Assembly: GCA_046331705.1 (NCBI GenBank)
Contig: JAXLQJ010000007.1
Coordinates: 186,001 to 225,432 of the forward strand
Source of the DNA: a bacterium
GTDB lineage: Bacteria; JADJOY01
DNA: 39,432 bases
Direction: 5' to 3'
The first letter of the stretch is position 1; every line of letters starts with the position of its first letter. Of the stretch, positions 28,461-38,307 are shown piece by piece. The translations under genes and the position numbers were made by a program. The notes under the pieces were generated by a model. That model searched no databases. It had not been told where the DNA came from and saw only the letters and a list, made by a program, of their open reading frames with translations.

Positions 28461-28496
28461 CGCCCTCGCCCGCCCACGCGGGAATCGCCGCCGCGC

Positions 28497-29666
28497 TCAG
28501 CGCGGCAGGCCGAGACCGCGCTCTGCGATGATGTTGCGCTGGATCTGATTGGTGCCGGCGTAGATCGTGTCGGCGCGCGTCCACAGATAGAGGCGTTGCA
28601 GCTCGTTCACCTGGTAGGGCGCGCCGTCGAGGATCTCGCTGGCCGCGCCCAACACGTCGACGGCGAGCTCGCCCAAGCGCCGGTGCCAGCTCGCCCAGTA
28701 GAGCTTGGTGATCAGCGCCTCGCGCGACAGCTCGGGTGTGCCGGCGCCGCTCAGGACACGCAGCGCGTTGAGCCGCATGATCCTGAGACCGATCCACGCG
28801 TCCGCCAGCCGCTGACGGAGCAACGGATCGCGAGCGGCTCCATTGGCTTTCGCCACCTCGATCACGCGCTCGAGCTCCATCTGGAACTGGAGCTGCTGCG
28901 CGAGGGTCGAGGCGCCGCGCTCGAACGCCAGCAAGCCCATCGCGACCTTCCAGCCGCCGTCGACCGCGCCCACCACGTTGGAGGCCGCGGTGCGCGCGTC
29001 CTCGAAGAACACCTCGGCGAACTCCGCGGTACCGGTGATCTGGCGAATGGGCACCACCCGCACGCCCGGCTGATGCATCGGTACCAGCAGGAACGTGATG
29101 CCGTGATGCTTGGCGCCGCTCGCGTCCGTCCGCGCGAGCGCGAAGCACCAATCGGAGATGGCCGCGAGCGAGGTCCAGATCTTCTGACCGTTCAGCACCC
29201 ATTCGTCACCGTGGCGTTCCGCCTTGCACTGCACGTTCGCCAAGTCGCTGCCGGCGTTGGGTTCCGAGTAGCCCTGACACCACAGCTCCTCACCCGACAC
29301 GATCGGCGGAAGGAAGCGCTTCTTCTGCTCGTCGGTGCCGAACGCGATGAGTGTCGGGCCGAGAAGCGTCTCGCCGATGTGGCCGAGGCGTCCGGGCGCC
29401 CCGGAACGAACGTATTCCTCGTTGAAGATCACTTCCTGCACGAGGGTCGCGGCCCGACCGCCGTGCTCGATCGGCCAACCGAGACACGTCCAGCGGCCCG
29501 CCGCCAGGCGCGCCTCCCACTTGCGGCGCCCCTCGAGCGCCCCGTCCATGTCGCCCGGCCAACCACGCCCGCGGACCTCCGCCAGCTCGCCGCTCAGGTT
29601 CTCCGCGAGCCACGCGCGCACCTCGTCGCGAAACGCGAGATCTTCGGCGCTGAGGTCCAGTTGCAT
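28497..29666 (-). CDS. fadE30: Acyl-CoA dehydrogenase alpha subunit FadE30/IpdE1 (HIP pathway)
   Basis: N-terminus FRDEVRAWLAENLSGE...G.PG, TCLGWPIEHGGR, WCQGYSEPNAGSDLA, LWTRADTIYAGTNQIQRNIIAERGLGLPR; located in the ipd operon. Confidence 0.85.
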   Translation of the reverse strand: MQLDLSAEDLAFRDEVRAWLAENLSGELAEVRGRGWPGDMDGALEGRRKWEARLAAGRWTCLGWPIEHGGRAATLVQEVIFNEEYVRSGAPGRLGHIGETLLGPTLIAFGTDEQKKRFLPPIVSGEELWCQGYSEPNAGSDLANVQCKAERHGDEWVLNGQKIWTSLAAISDWCFALARTDASGAKHHGITFLLVPMHQPGVRVVPIRQITGTAEFAEVFFEDARTAASNVVGAVDGGWKVAMGLLAFERGASTLAQQLQFQMELERVIEVAKANGAARDPLLRQRLADAWIGLRIMRLNALRVLSGAGTPELSREALITKLYWASWHRRLGELAVDVLGAASEILDGAPYQVNELQRLYLWTRADTIYAGTNQIQRNIIAERGLGLPR

Positions 29667-29702
29667 GGGTCGCTCGCTCGGCGTTCGAGAGGGAGGCTCG
29701 GC

Positions 29703-30857
29703 TCAGAGTCCGATCGCGCGAGCGATGCGCTCGCGATGGAAGCTCGCGTCTCCGAGCAGCGTCGCGGAGGAACGGGCGCGCTTGAAGAAGAGGTGCACGT
29801 CGTGCTCCCAGGTGAAGCCGATGCCGCCGTGGATCTGGAGCGCTTCGGCGGCGCACGCCGCGTAGGAATCCGAGGCGTAGGCACGGGCCATCGCCGCGGC
29901 GCTCGCGACCTCCTCGTCGCTCGCCGCGGTACCGGCTTGCGCCGCGACCTGGGCCGCGTAACGGACCGCCGAGCGCGCCGACTCGACGCGCAACAGCATG
30001 TCGGCGCATTTGTGCTTGATCGCTTGGAACGATCCGATTGGGCGGCCGAACTGGACGCGCACCTTGGCGTAGTCCACGGCCAGGTCGAGGCAGCGATCGG
30101 CACCTCCGACCTGCTCGGCCGCGAGCGCGATCGACGCCAGATCCAGCACCCGCTCGAGCGCGTGCCAGCACGAACCGGCGCCCCCCATGAGCGCATCGCG
30201 CGGCACCACCACGTCGTCGAGCCGGATCCGCGCGAGACGCCGGGTCTGATCCAGCGTGGGCAGCCACGTGCGCTCGACTCCCGTCGACGTCGCGGGCACC
30301 AGGAAGAGCCGGATGCCGTCGATCCCCGCGGAACGGGGCTCCCGAGCCGCGACGATCAAGAGATCGGCGCTGTGACCGTCGACGACGAAGGACTTCTCGC
30401 CTCGCAGCACGAAGCCCGAGCCCTCGGCGCGCGCTTCGCACCGGATCTCTTCGGGCGCCACCCGGCCCTCGGCCTCGGCCCAGGCGAGCGTGGCGCGCAC
30501 GCCGCCCGCCGCGATGTCCGGCAGCACGTCCTGCTTCTGCTTCTCGGTGCCCACCAGCAGCAGCGCGGGTGTCGCGAGGCAGACGGTCGAGAAGAACGGA
30601 GCGCACAGCAGCGTGCGCCCCATCTCTTCCATCAGCACCGAGAGCTCGACGGCGCCGAGCCCGAGCCCGCCGTAGCTCTCGGGAATCGCCATCGCCGTCC
30701 AGCCGAGCTCCTCGGCGATCCTGCCCCAGACCTCGGCGTCGAACCCGATCTCGGTTTCCATGCACGCGCGCACCGCGGTCGAGCCCGAGTGCGCGGCGAG
30801 AAACCGGCGCGCCGAATCCCGCAGCGCCTGTTGCTCGTCGTTCAGCAGCAGGCTCAC
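29703..30857 (-). CDS. fadE33: Acyl-CoA dehydrogenase beta subunit, FadE33/IpdE2-like
   Basis: EQQALRDSARRFLAAH...AVRACM, LDQTRRLA, RVQFGRPIGSFQAIKH, QIHGGIGFTWEH. GTGA overlap with the upstream stop. Confidence 0.7.
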   Translation of the reverse strand: MSLLLNDEQQALRDSARRFLAAHSGSTAVRACMETEIGFDAEVWGRIAEELGWTAMAIPESYGGLGLGAVELSVLMEEMGRTLLCAPFFSTVCLATPALLLVGTEKQKQDVLPDIAAGGVRATLAWAEAEGRVAPEEIRCEARAEGSGFVLRGEKSFVVDGHSADLLIVAAREPRSAGIDGIRLFLVPATSTGVERTWLPTLDQTRRLARIRLDDVVVPRDALMGGAGSCWHALERVLDLASIALAAEQVGGADRCLDLAVDYAKVRVQFGRPIGSFQAIKHKCADMLLRVESARSAVRYAAQVAAQAGTAASDEEVASAAAMARAYASDSYAACAAEALQIHGGIGFTWEHDVHLFFKRARSSATLLGDASFHRERIARAIGL

Positions 30858-31891
30858 GGGTAGACCTCGCGGCTGCCGTCGAGCACCACCGCGGCGATTC
30901 GCGCCCGATGGAAGCCGGCATCCCCCCACGCCGCGGCCAGCGCCCAGATGCGCTTCATCCACAGATGCAGGTCGTATTCCGTCGAGTACCCGATGGCGCC
31001 GTGGCATTGGAGCGCCAGCTTCGCCACCTGCTGGGAGATCACCGAGGCGCGTGCCTTGGCGATCGAGGCGTCGAGCGCGCGGTCCGGGGAATCCGCGGCC
31101 ACCGATGCCGCGGCCCGATGGACGAGCGGACGGGCCATCTCGATGGCGGTGAGCGCGTTGGCGAGGTGGTGCTTGATCGCCTGGAAGCTGCCGATGGGCT
31201 TACCGAACTGCTCGCGCACCTTCACGTAACCGACGGTGAGGTCGAGGATGTGAGCCGCGAGGCCGACGAGCTCCGCCGACGCGCCGAGCGCGCCAAAGGC
31301 GCACGCTTCCTCGCGCGCGCTGGCGGCGCTCGCTCCGATGGCCAGTCGCACGCCATCCGCCTCCGCCCAGTCCACGCGAAACAAGCGACGCGCGCCGTCC
31401 ACGGACTCGAGCCGCGTACGGGTGGTGGCCGAACGCGGGACCGCCCACAACGCTCCCGATCGAAAGGTCACCAGCAGATCCGCGGAGTCGGCGTTCGGGA
31501 CGAAGGGAGCATCGTCGAGGGCGACGGTGATCGTGGCGTCGCCGGCGAGCGCGGGCGGCAGCCACTCGCGCTGAACCGAATCCGGCGCGAACCGGGCGAG
31601 CAACGGCACCGCCACCGCCGCGTGCTCGAGGAGCGGCTCCGGCAACGCCGCGCGCCCCGCTTCCTCGAGCGGCAACACCAGATCCGCCGCTCCGAGGCCG
31701 AGCCCGCCGTGCTCCTCCGGGCCGTTGATCCCGAGCAGCCCCAGATCGCCGAGCTGCTTCCACAGACCCGGCACGCGTCCCGTCTCGTTGGACCAGCAGC
31801 CGCGCACCGCGGACGCGGGGCATTCCTTCGCGAGCATGTCGCGAAGCGAGCCGCGAAATCCCAACTGGTCGTCGGTGAACGCAAAGCGCAT
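30854..31891 (-). CDS. fadE32: Acyl-CoA dehydrogenase beta subunit, FadE32-like
   Basis: MRFAFTDDQ, DLVLPLEEAGRAALPEP, ESVDGARRL, REQFGKPIGSFQAIKH, QCHGAIGYSTEYDLHLW, AAWG. Confidence 0.78.
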   Translation of the reverse strand: MRFAFTDDQLGFRGSLRDMLAKECPASAVRGCWSNETGRVPGLWKQLGDLGLLGINGPEEHGGLGLGAADLVLPLEEAGRAALPEPLLEHAAVAVPLLARFAPDSVQREWLPPALAGDATITVALDDAPFVPNADSADLLVTFRSGALWAVPRSATTRTRLESVDGARRLFRVDWAEADGVRLAIGASAASAREEACAFGALGASAELVGLAAHILDLTVGYVKVREQFGKPIGSFQAIKHHLANALTAIEMARPLVHRAAASVAADSPDRALDASIAKARASVISQQVAKLALQCHGAIGYSTEYDLHLWMKRIWALAAAWGDAGFHRARIAAVVLDGSREVYP

Positions 31892-31910
31892 CCGTTCGCT
31901 CCTGGATGAA

Positions 31911-33071
31911 TCAACCCTTGGGCAGCTTGAGCAGCCGTTCCGCCACGACGTTGCGCTGGATCTCGTTGGTGCCGGCGTAGATCGGCCCCGCGAGCGAGAA
32001 CTGGAAGCCCTTGAGCCAGCTGCCGTCGTCACCGGTGAGCGACGAGCCTTCCTCCAGCTCGCGGGTCGGGCCGAGCAACGCCAGCGCGGTCTCGTGCATG
32101 CGCACGTCCATCTCGGACCAGAAGATCTTGTTGAGGCTCGCGTCGGCGCCCATCGCCTGACCTTCCAGCATGCGCGTGACCGTGCCGTAGGTGTACCAAC
32201 GGTAGGCCTCGGCATCGATGAACGCCTCGACGACCGCGTCGCGAAGCGCGGGATCGGCCGTGGCGCGCTGGCGACGCCAGAGGTCGACGAGCCGGGCGGC
32301 CGTGGCCATGAAACGACCCGGGCTGCGCAACGTGAGGCCGCGCTCCGAGTTGGTGGTGGCCATGGCGATGTCCCAGCCCTTGTCGACGGCGCCGATGACG
32401 TCGCGGTCGGGCACGAACACGTCGTCGAAGAAGACCTCCGCGAAGCCCTCGTCGCCGTCCAGGCGCTCCACCGCGCGGACGCGCACCCCCTCGGCGTCGA
32501 GCGGCACCATGAAGTACGTGAGGCCCTTGTGGCGCGGCACCTTCGGGTTGGTCCGAAACAAACCGTAGATCGCGTCGCAGAACGCGCCGCGCGTGCACCA
32601 GGTCTTCTGGCCGCGCAGTCGGAAGCCCCCGTCCACGCGATGCCCTTCGCTGCGCAGGCTCGCGAGGTCGCTGCCCGCGTTGGGCTCCGACCACGCCTGC
32701 GCCCAGGTGTAATCACCCCGTGCCATCGGCCCGAGGATTCGCGCCTTCTGCTCCTCGTTGCCGAACTCGAAGAGCACCGGCGCCAGCAGGAAGATTCCGT
32801 TCTGTGTCACGCGTTGCGGCGCGCGGGCGCGGTAGTACTCCTCCTCGAAGATCAGCCACTCGAAGAGCGTGGCCTCGCGTCCACCGTATGGCTTCGGCCA
32901 CGACACCACCGCCCAGCCGGCGTCGAAGAGCTCGCGCTCCCATTCGAGATGGCGCGCGAAGCCCTCGCGCGTGTCGCCGGAGGGCAGCGGCTGCTTCGGC
33001 ACGTGCGCCGCCAGCCAGTCGCGGCATTCGGCGCGAAACGACTGCTCTCGCTCGGTGAACGTCAGGTCCAT
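31911..33071 (-). CDS. fadE31: Acyl-CoA dehydrogenase alpha subunit FadE31
   Basis: LPSGDTREGFARH..W, WLIFEEEYYRA.AP.RV.QNG..LLAP, WAQAWSEP, GPIYAGTNEIQRN. Confidence 0.85.
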   Translation of the reverse strand: MDLTFTEREQSFRAECRDWLAAHVPKQPLPSGDTREGFARHLEWERELFDAGWAVVSWPKPYGGREATLFEWLIFEEEYYRARAPQRVTQNGIFLLAPVLFEFGNEEQKARILGPMARGDYTWAQAWSEPNAGSDLASLRSEGHRVDGGFRLRGQKTWCTRGAFCDAIYGLFRTNPKVPRHKGLTYFMVPLDAEGVRVRAVERLDGDEGFAEVFFDDVFVPDRDVIGAVDKGWDIAMATTNSERGLTLRSPGRFMATAARLVDLWRRQRATADPALRDAVVEAFIDAEAYRWYTYGTVTRMLEGQAMGADASLNKIFWSEMDVRMHETALALLGPTRELEEGSSLTGDDGSWLKGFQFSLAGPIYAGTNEIQRNVVAERLLKLPKG

Positions 33072-33086
33072 GGGGCGAGCCTCGAA

Positions 33087-34142
33087 TCAAGCGGCGAGAC
33101 GGTCGAGCGTCGCTTCGGCGTCGGCGACGATCGCCGCGATCGCCTCCGCGACCGTCGGCAGGGAGTCGATGGCGCCGACCACCTGCCCCGTCGGCAGGAT
33201 GCCGGCCTCGAGCCTGCCGTCGACCATGGTCGCCTTGGTGAGCATGGGCGCGTTCGCGGCCATCGCGAGCTGAGCCCACGTGAGGTCCTGGCTCTTGCGC
33301 ATCGCCAGGCCTTCCTTGAGCAGATTCACGAACGAGGTCCCGGTGAGCTTCTGGAACTTGAGCGCGTTGAGCAGTGCCCGCGGAAAGCGGAACAACGGAT
33401 TGATCCGCTCCAGATGATCGATCAAGTCGGTGCGGATCACGCGCTGGGGAGCGCCGTCGACGGCGGACGTGACCACCGTCCCCATGAGGTTGGTCTTGAG
33501 GTAGACGGCCTTGATCTCGTCCGGGACGCGGCTCTCTTGGGTGAGCAAGAACCGCGTTCCCATGGCGATCCCCGCCGCGCCGTAGGCGAGCGCCGCCACC
33601 AGCCCGCGCCCGTCGTGGAAGCCGCCCGCGCCGATCACGGGGATGGACACCGCCTTCACCACCGCCGGCAAGAGCAGCGACGTGGCGATCGGTCCGGTGT
33701 GGCCGCCGCCCTCGTGGCCCTGGGCGATCACCGCATCCACTCCCCACTCCGCCATCTTCTGCGCGTGGCGCGGCGCACCGACGGTGGGCATGGTGAGCAC
33801 ACCGCCGTCCTTGAGCTTGCGAATGAGCTCCTTGGTCGGCGGGCTCGCGAAGCTCGCGAGCTTCACGCGCTCGCGAATCACCAGCTCCGCGTAACGCTCC
33901 ACGTCCGGCTGGTCGCCGCGCATGTTCACGCCGAACGGGCGCTCGGTGCGCCCCTTGACCTCGGTGATCGCGGCGCTCAGCTGCTCGAAGGTCATGGTGG
34001 CGGCGGCGAGGATGCCGAAGCCGCCGGCGGCGCTGGTCGCCGACGTGAGACGAGCGCCCGAGACCCACCCCATGCCGGTCTGGACGATCGGGTACTGGCA
34101 ACCGACGAGCGCGGTGAACGGTGTCGCGAGCACGCGGTGCAT
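33087..34142 (-). CDS. ipdC: IpdC, nitronate-monooxygenase-family flavoprotein of HIP catabolism
   Basis: PIVQTGMGWVSGARL, GHEGGGHTG, AGGFHDGRGLVAAL, MGTRFLLTQES, MAANAPML, GILPTGQV. TGATG overlap with ipdB. Confidence 0.88.
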   Translation of the reverse strand: MHRVLATPFTALVGCQYPIVQTGMGWVSGARLTSATSAAGGFGILAAATMTFEQLSAAITEVKGRTERPFGVNMRGDQPDVERYAELVIRERVKLASFASPPTKELIRKLKDGGVLTMPTVGAPRHAQKMAEWGVDAVIAQGHEGGGHTGPIATSLLLPAVVKAVSIPVIGAGGFHDGRGLVAALAYGAAGIAMGTRFLLTQESRVPDEIKAVYLKTNLMGTVVTSAVDGAPQRVIRTDLIDHLERINPLFRFPRALLNALKFQKLTGTSFVNLLKEGLAMRKSQDLTWAQLAMAANAPMLTKATMVDGRLEAGILPTGQVVGAIDSLPTVAEAIAAIVADAEATLDRLAA

Positions 34143-34840
34143 CACTTGAGGCCCTCGCGGATGAGGCGCAGCTCGTCGTCGCTCGGCAGCCGCGTGGTCG
34201 GCACGTCGCCTCGAACGTCGAGCTCGAACCCGGTGTTCGCCACCACCTCGTCGACGCTCACGCCGGGGTGAACGCTCTTGAGCCGCATCCGGTGATCGGG
34301 CGTCGCGAAGTCGAGCACCGCGAGGTTCGTCACCACCACACGGATCTCGTGGAACCGGCGCTCGCGCGGACCGAGGGCGGCGGCACGGTCGTAGCCCACT
34401 CCGCTCACCATGTCGACGCGCGGTAGGAACACGTCCTTGGTGTGCTTGGGCACGAAGTAGCTGGTGGCGTGGCAGATGGTGTTGCCGGGAGCGCCGCGCA
34501 CGCCGAGCAGCTGGCTCGCCGGCTTCGACCAATCGCCAATGCACGACAGGTTCTGGTTGCCGTAACGATCGAGCTGAGAGGCGCCCATGAACACGTGGCG
34601 CTTCCCCCACCACACCACGTCGAAGACCTTGCGATAGGGCATCCAGCCCTCGACGACGCCCCACTGCTGCATCGCCGCGACGCCGTCGGTCAGCACCAGG
34701 TCCGGCTCGAACGTCCGCTTCGCGAGACGCGCGCCCAGCGCCGGGATCGGCAGCATCGGGCTCGCCATGATCTCGCCATCGCCGCGAAAGGCCTCGGCGC
34801 ACGCCACCACGCAGATCTCGTCGCGGGTCGCCTCGCTCAT
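34142..34840 (-). CDS. ipdB: IpdB, beta subunit of the ring-C cleaving hydrolase (CoA-transferase fold)
   Basis: TRDEICVVACAEAFRGDGEIMASPM, GARLA..TFEPD..LTDG, EGWMP, GVRGAPGNT..HATSY, VSGVGYD. ATGA overlap with ipdA. Confidence 0.9.
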   Translation of the reverse strand: MSEATRDEICVVACAEAFRGDGEIMASPMLPIPALGARLAKRTFEPDLVLTDGVAAMQQWGVVEGWMPYRKVFDVVWWGKRHVFMGASQLDRYGNQNLSCIGDWSKPASQLLGVRGAPGNTICHATSYFVPKHTKDVFLPRVDMVSGVGYDRAAALGPRERRFHEIRVVVTNLAVLDFATPDHRMRLKSVHPGVSVDEVVANTGFELDVRGDVPTTRLPSDDELRLIREGLK

Positions 34841-35691
34841 GATCTCGCCCTCACCGCTTCGACGTAGGCCGCGTGACTCGGCGCATCGAGATAGCGTTCC
34901 TTGAACGCCTGCCAAGCGCCGGGATCCTTCGCGGTGGCCGCGTACGTTTTCTGGAACGCCTCGTCACGACCGTAATCCGGCGGGCATTCGGTGAAGTGGG
35001 CGCCGAGCGGAGCCTCGATCACCCCGTCGACCATCATGCGGTCGATGAGCAGCGACTGGATCGGACCGCCGTCGCGCAGCTCCTCCGTGGTCACGATCCG
35101 CTCACAGCTCATGAAGCGCTTCGTCGCGGCCATGCAGAAGAGATCGTCGAAGTAGGGATCGGGCCCCAGGTACTGGCCGTTGCCACGGGCGTCGGCGCGA
35201 TTCATGTGCACCAGCGCCACGTCGAGGGCGAGCGCCGGCATCGCCACCAACTCCTCGCCGTCCGCGTAGGGCGAGCGCACGGTCGCGAGCTCCGGGTTCA
35301 CGCGCATCACGTCGCTGCCGAGCCCGGCGCGGGTGGGCAGGAACGGCAGCCGGTACGCCGCCGCGCGCAGCCCCCACTGGAACATCCCCTCGTCCAGCTC
35401 CATCGCCTGAACCGTGGCTGCCTCGCGAGCCTTGCGGAAATGCGGCTCGAGCGGGATGGAGTCGAGCGACACGAAGCCGTAGACGATCTTCCGGGCCTTG
35501 CCGAGGGCGCACAGAATGCCCACGTCGGGGCCGCCGTAGGAGACGATCGTGAGGTCGGTGAGCGACGAGCGCGCGATGGCGCGAACCAGCGACATCGGCT
35601 TGCGTCGCGAGCCCCAACCACCGATGCCGATGGTCATGCCGTCGCGCAGCTCGGCGACGACGTCTTCCTCGGTGATCCGCTTGTCCGCCAT
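34837..35691 (-). CDS. ipdA: IpdA, alpha subunit of the ring-C cleaving hydrolase
   Basis: GMTIGIGGWGSRRKPM, YGGPDVG, FVSLDS, DEGM (catalytic Glu), LPFLP.RAGLGSD, GPDPYFDDLF, GAHFT...DYGRDE. Confidence 0.93.
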   Translation of the reverse strand: MADKRITEEDVVAELRDGMTIGIGGWGSRRKPMSLVRAIARSSLTDLTIVSYGGPDVGILCALGKARKIVYGFVSLDSIPLEPHFRKAREAATVQAMELDEGMFQWGLRAAAYRLPFLPTRAGLGSDVMRVNPELATVRSPYADGEELVAMPALALDVALVHMNRADARGNGQYLGPDPYFDDLFCMAATKRFMSCERIVTTEELRDGGPIQSLLIDRMMVDGVIEAPLGAHFTECPPDYGRDEAFQKTYAATAKDPGAWQAFKERYLDAPSHAAYVEAVRARS

Positions 35692-35696
35692 GCCGG

Positions 35697-36470
35697 TCAG
35701 CCTTCGCGCTTGGTCACGCCGAAGCCGGCGTCGCGCTTTTCCACGAACGCGTCGCGCGCTTGGTCCGCGACGCCGCTCAAGTTGAGCTCGAACGTGAAGC
35801 CCTGCTCGAACCGGTAGCTCTTCCTCACGTCCCAGAGATCGATGCCGTTCAGCGATTCCTTGGCGGCGCGGATCACCGCCGGGCTCTTGGCGGCGATCTG
35901 CTTCGCGACCTTCGCGGCGGTCTCGCGCAAGCGCTCGCGCGGCACCACCTCCAGCACCGAGCCGAAATGCTGCAGCTCGCGGGCGGTCGCGGTCGCTGCG
36001 GTGTAGACCATCGCGCGCATCTTGTGCTGCGGCACGAGCCGGGCGAGATGCGTGGCGGCCCCCAACGCTCCGCGGTCCACCTCCGGCAGCCCGAAGTACG
36101 CGTCCTCCGACGCGACGATCACGTCGGCGTTTCCCACCAGCCCGATCCCGCCGCCCAGGCAGAAGCCGTGAACGGCGGCGATCACCGGCACGGCGCACTC
36201 GTACACCGCCGCGAACGCGGCGTAACAACCGCGGTTGGCGCCGATGAGCGCGTCGAATCCCTGGGTCGCCTGCATCTCCTTGATGTCGACGCCGGCGTTG
36301 AAGCCCTTGCCCTCGGCGGCGAGCACGACCACCCGCACATCGGGGTCCGCGCCCGCGGCGCGAACGATCTCCGCCAGCTCGAACCAGCCCTTCACGGTCA
36401 AGGCATTCACCGGCGGATGATTCATCACCACCGTGGCGATGCCGTCGCTCACTTCTCGGGTGATCGGCAT
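35697..36470 (-). CDS. echA20: EchA20 crotonase (ring-D hydrolysis)
   Basis: PPVNAL, GFNAGVDIKEMQ, ALIGANRGC..AF.AVYEC, LPEVDRGALGAATHL, SYRFEQGFTFELN; adjacent to ipdA. Confidence 0.92.
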   Translation of the reverse strand: MPITREVSDGIATVVMNHPPVNALTVKGWFELAEIVRAAGADPDVRVVVLAAEGKGFNAGVDIKEMQATQGFDALIGANRGCYAAFAAVYECAVPVIAAVHGFCLGGGIGLVGNADVIVASEDAYFGLPEVDRGALGAATHLARLVPQHKMRAMVYTAATATARELQHFGSVLEVVPRERLRETAAKVAKQIAAKSPAVIRAAKESLNGIDLWDVRKSYRFEQGFTFELNLSGVADQARDAFVEKRDAGFGVTKREG

Positions 36471-36503
36471 GAAGCTCCTCTCGCGAACGGGACGACGAGC
36501 GAT

Positions 36504-37307
36504 TCAGCTCCGCGGCGGCGCGGAGGTCGTGTTCTTGGCGGCGTCCAGGAACGCTGGCCGCTCGCCGCCGCCGTGAACCATGATCGCGGCGCCATTCACG
36601 TAGCTCGCCAGCGGTGAAGCGAGAAACAAGCACACGTCCGCGATCTCACGGGGCTCGGCGAGGCGCCCGAGCGGCACCGTCGCGCCGACGGACGCGATCC
36701 CCGCGTCGTCGCCGTAGTGCAGGTGCGCCTGCTCGGTGCGGATCATGCCGCCGGTCACGGCGTTCACACGCACCTTCGGCGCCCATTCCACGGCGAGCGT
36801 CTGGGTGAGGTTCAGCAAGCCCGCCTTCGCGGCGCCGTAGGCTGCCGTCCCCGGCGAGGGTCGCGTGCCGCTGACGCTCGCGATGTTGATGATGGAACCG
36901 CCCTCATCCTGCCGCTGCATCACCGCGTTCGCGCGCTGCGCGGCGATGAACGCTGCGGTCAGGTTGAGCTCCAGGATCTTGGAGAAAAAGCGCGGCGACG
37001 CCGTGGCCGCCTCGGCGTACGGCGATCCGCCAGCGTTGTTCACCAGCACGTCGAGGCGGCCGAATCGCTCCGTGGCATTGGCGACGAGCCGCTCGACCTG
37101 CTCGGCGTCGCGGACGTCGGTGGCCACGAACACCGCAGCCCGCCCTCCCCCGAGCGGCAGCTCGGGGGGCTCGCTACGCCCGCAGATCACCACGTGGGCG
37201 CCCGCCGTGAGGAACGCGGTCGAGATTCCCCGGCCGACGCCCTTGGCGCCGCCGGTGACGAGCACGACCTTTCCGGTGAAATCGAGTGGATCCAACGGCG
37301 TCAGCAC
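36504..37307 (-). CDS. SDR, Rv3549c-like (HIP cluster)
   Basis: TGGAKGVG, NNAGGSPYA, RPSPGTAAYGAAK, LAVEWAPKVRVN, HLHYGD, VHGGGERPAFL. Confidence 0.88.
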   Translation of the reverse strand: MLTPLDPLDFTGKVVLVTGGAKGVGRGISTAFLTAGAHVVICGRSEPPELPLGGGRAAVFVATDVRDAEQVERLVANATERFGRLDVLVNNAGGSPYAEAATASPRFFSKILELNLTAAFIAAQRANAVMQRQDEGGSIINIASVSGTRPSPGTAAYGAAKAGLLNLTQTLAVEWAPKVRVNAVTGGMIRTEQAHLHYGDDAGIASVGATVPLGRLAEPREIADVCLFLASPLASYVNGAAIMVHGGGERPAFLDAAKNTTSAPPRS

Positions 37308-37389
37308 CCTGCGGCGCGTGCTGCTGCGCGGCGGCTCACGCGAGACACCGAGGGCTCGCTTCCCCGGTCGAATGCCACGATCGACCGAG

Positions 37390-38295
37390 TCACGTCCCGT
37401 AGACCTTCTGCGCGGGCACGGCGCGCGCCATCAAACCGCGCACGGCGGCGCCCACTTCCGTGGGAGCCCAGCGCTCGCCCTTGTCGACCTCCGGACCGGT
37501 TCGCCAGCCGTCGGCGAGCGAGATCTTTCCGCCGGCGACCTCGAAGACGCAACCGCTCACGTCCTTCGAGTCGGCACTGCCGAGCCAGACCACCAGCGGC
37601 GAGATGTTCGCCGGGTCCATGGCGTCGAAGCCGCTCTCGGGCCGCTTCATCATGTCCTTGAAGACGTCCTCGGTCATGCGGGTCCGCGCCGCCGGGGCGA
37701 TGGCGTTGGCGGTGACGCCGTAGCGCTTGAGCTCGGCGGCCTGCACCAGCGTCAGGGCCGCGATGCCGGCCTTGGCCGCCGAGTACGTGCCCTGCGCGAC
37801 GCTGCCCTGGAGCCCGGCGCCGGAGCTGGTGTTGATGATCCGCGCGTCCACGGCCTGCCCCGCCTTGACCTGATCGCGCCAGTACGCCGCGGCGTGGCGC
37901 GACACGCAGAAGTGGCCCTTCAGGTGGACGCGAATGACCGCATCCCACTCGTCCTCGGAAGTGCTGACGAACATGCGGTCGCGCAAGAAACCGGCGTTGT
38001 TCACCACCGCGTCGAGTCGTCCGAACGCGTCCACGGCGGCCTTCACCAAGCGGCCCCCGCCCGCGAAGTCCGCGATGTCGTCGCCGTTGGCGATCGCTTG
38101 GCCGCCCAGCGCGCGGATCTCCTCCACGACCTCACCCGCTGGACCCAGCGAGTTCCCGCTGCCGTCGAGCGCCGCGCCCAGGTCGTTGACGACCACCTGG
38201 GCGCCCTCGCGGGCGAACGCCAGCGCGTGCGCGCGGCCGATGCCGCGCCCCGCGCCGGTGATGATGACCACTCGTCCCTCGCAGAGTCCGGGCAT
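37390..38295 (-). CDS. SDR, Rv3548c-like (HIP cluster)
   Basis: TGAGRGIGRAHALAFA, NNAGFLRDRM, DARIINTSSGAGLQGS, YSAAK, SPLVVWLGS. Start ATG38295 follows GGAG. Confidence 0.9.
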   Translation of the reverse strand: MPGLCEGRVVIITGAGRGIGRAHALAFAREGAQVVVNDLGAALDGSGNSLGPAGEVVEEIRALGGQAIANGDDIADFAGGGRLVKAAVDAFGRLDAVVNNAGFLRDRMFVSTSEDEWDAVIRVHLKGHFCVSRHAAAYWRDQVKAGQAVDARIINTSSGAGLQGSVAQGTYSAAKAGIAALTLVQAAELKRYGVTANAIAPAARTRMTEDVFKDMMKRPESGFDAMDPANISPLVVWLGSADSKDVSGCVFEVAGGKISLADGWRTGPEVDKGERWAPTEVGAAVRGLMARAVPAQKVYGT

Positions 38296-38307
38296 GCGTC
38301 TCTCCAC

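Noticed and set aside
33087-35691. Literal annotations as nitronate monooxygenase and glutaconate/3-oxoacid CoA-transferase
   Set aside because: Sequence signatures and the echA20/fadA6/fadE30-33 context identify IpdC and IpdAB.
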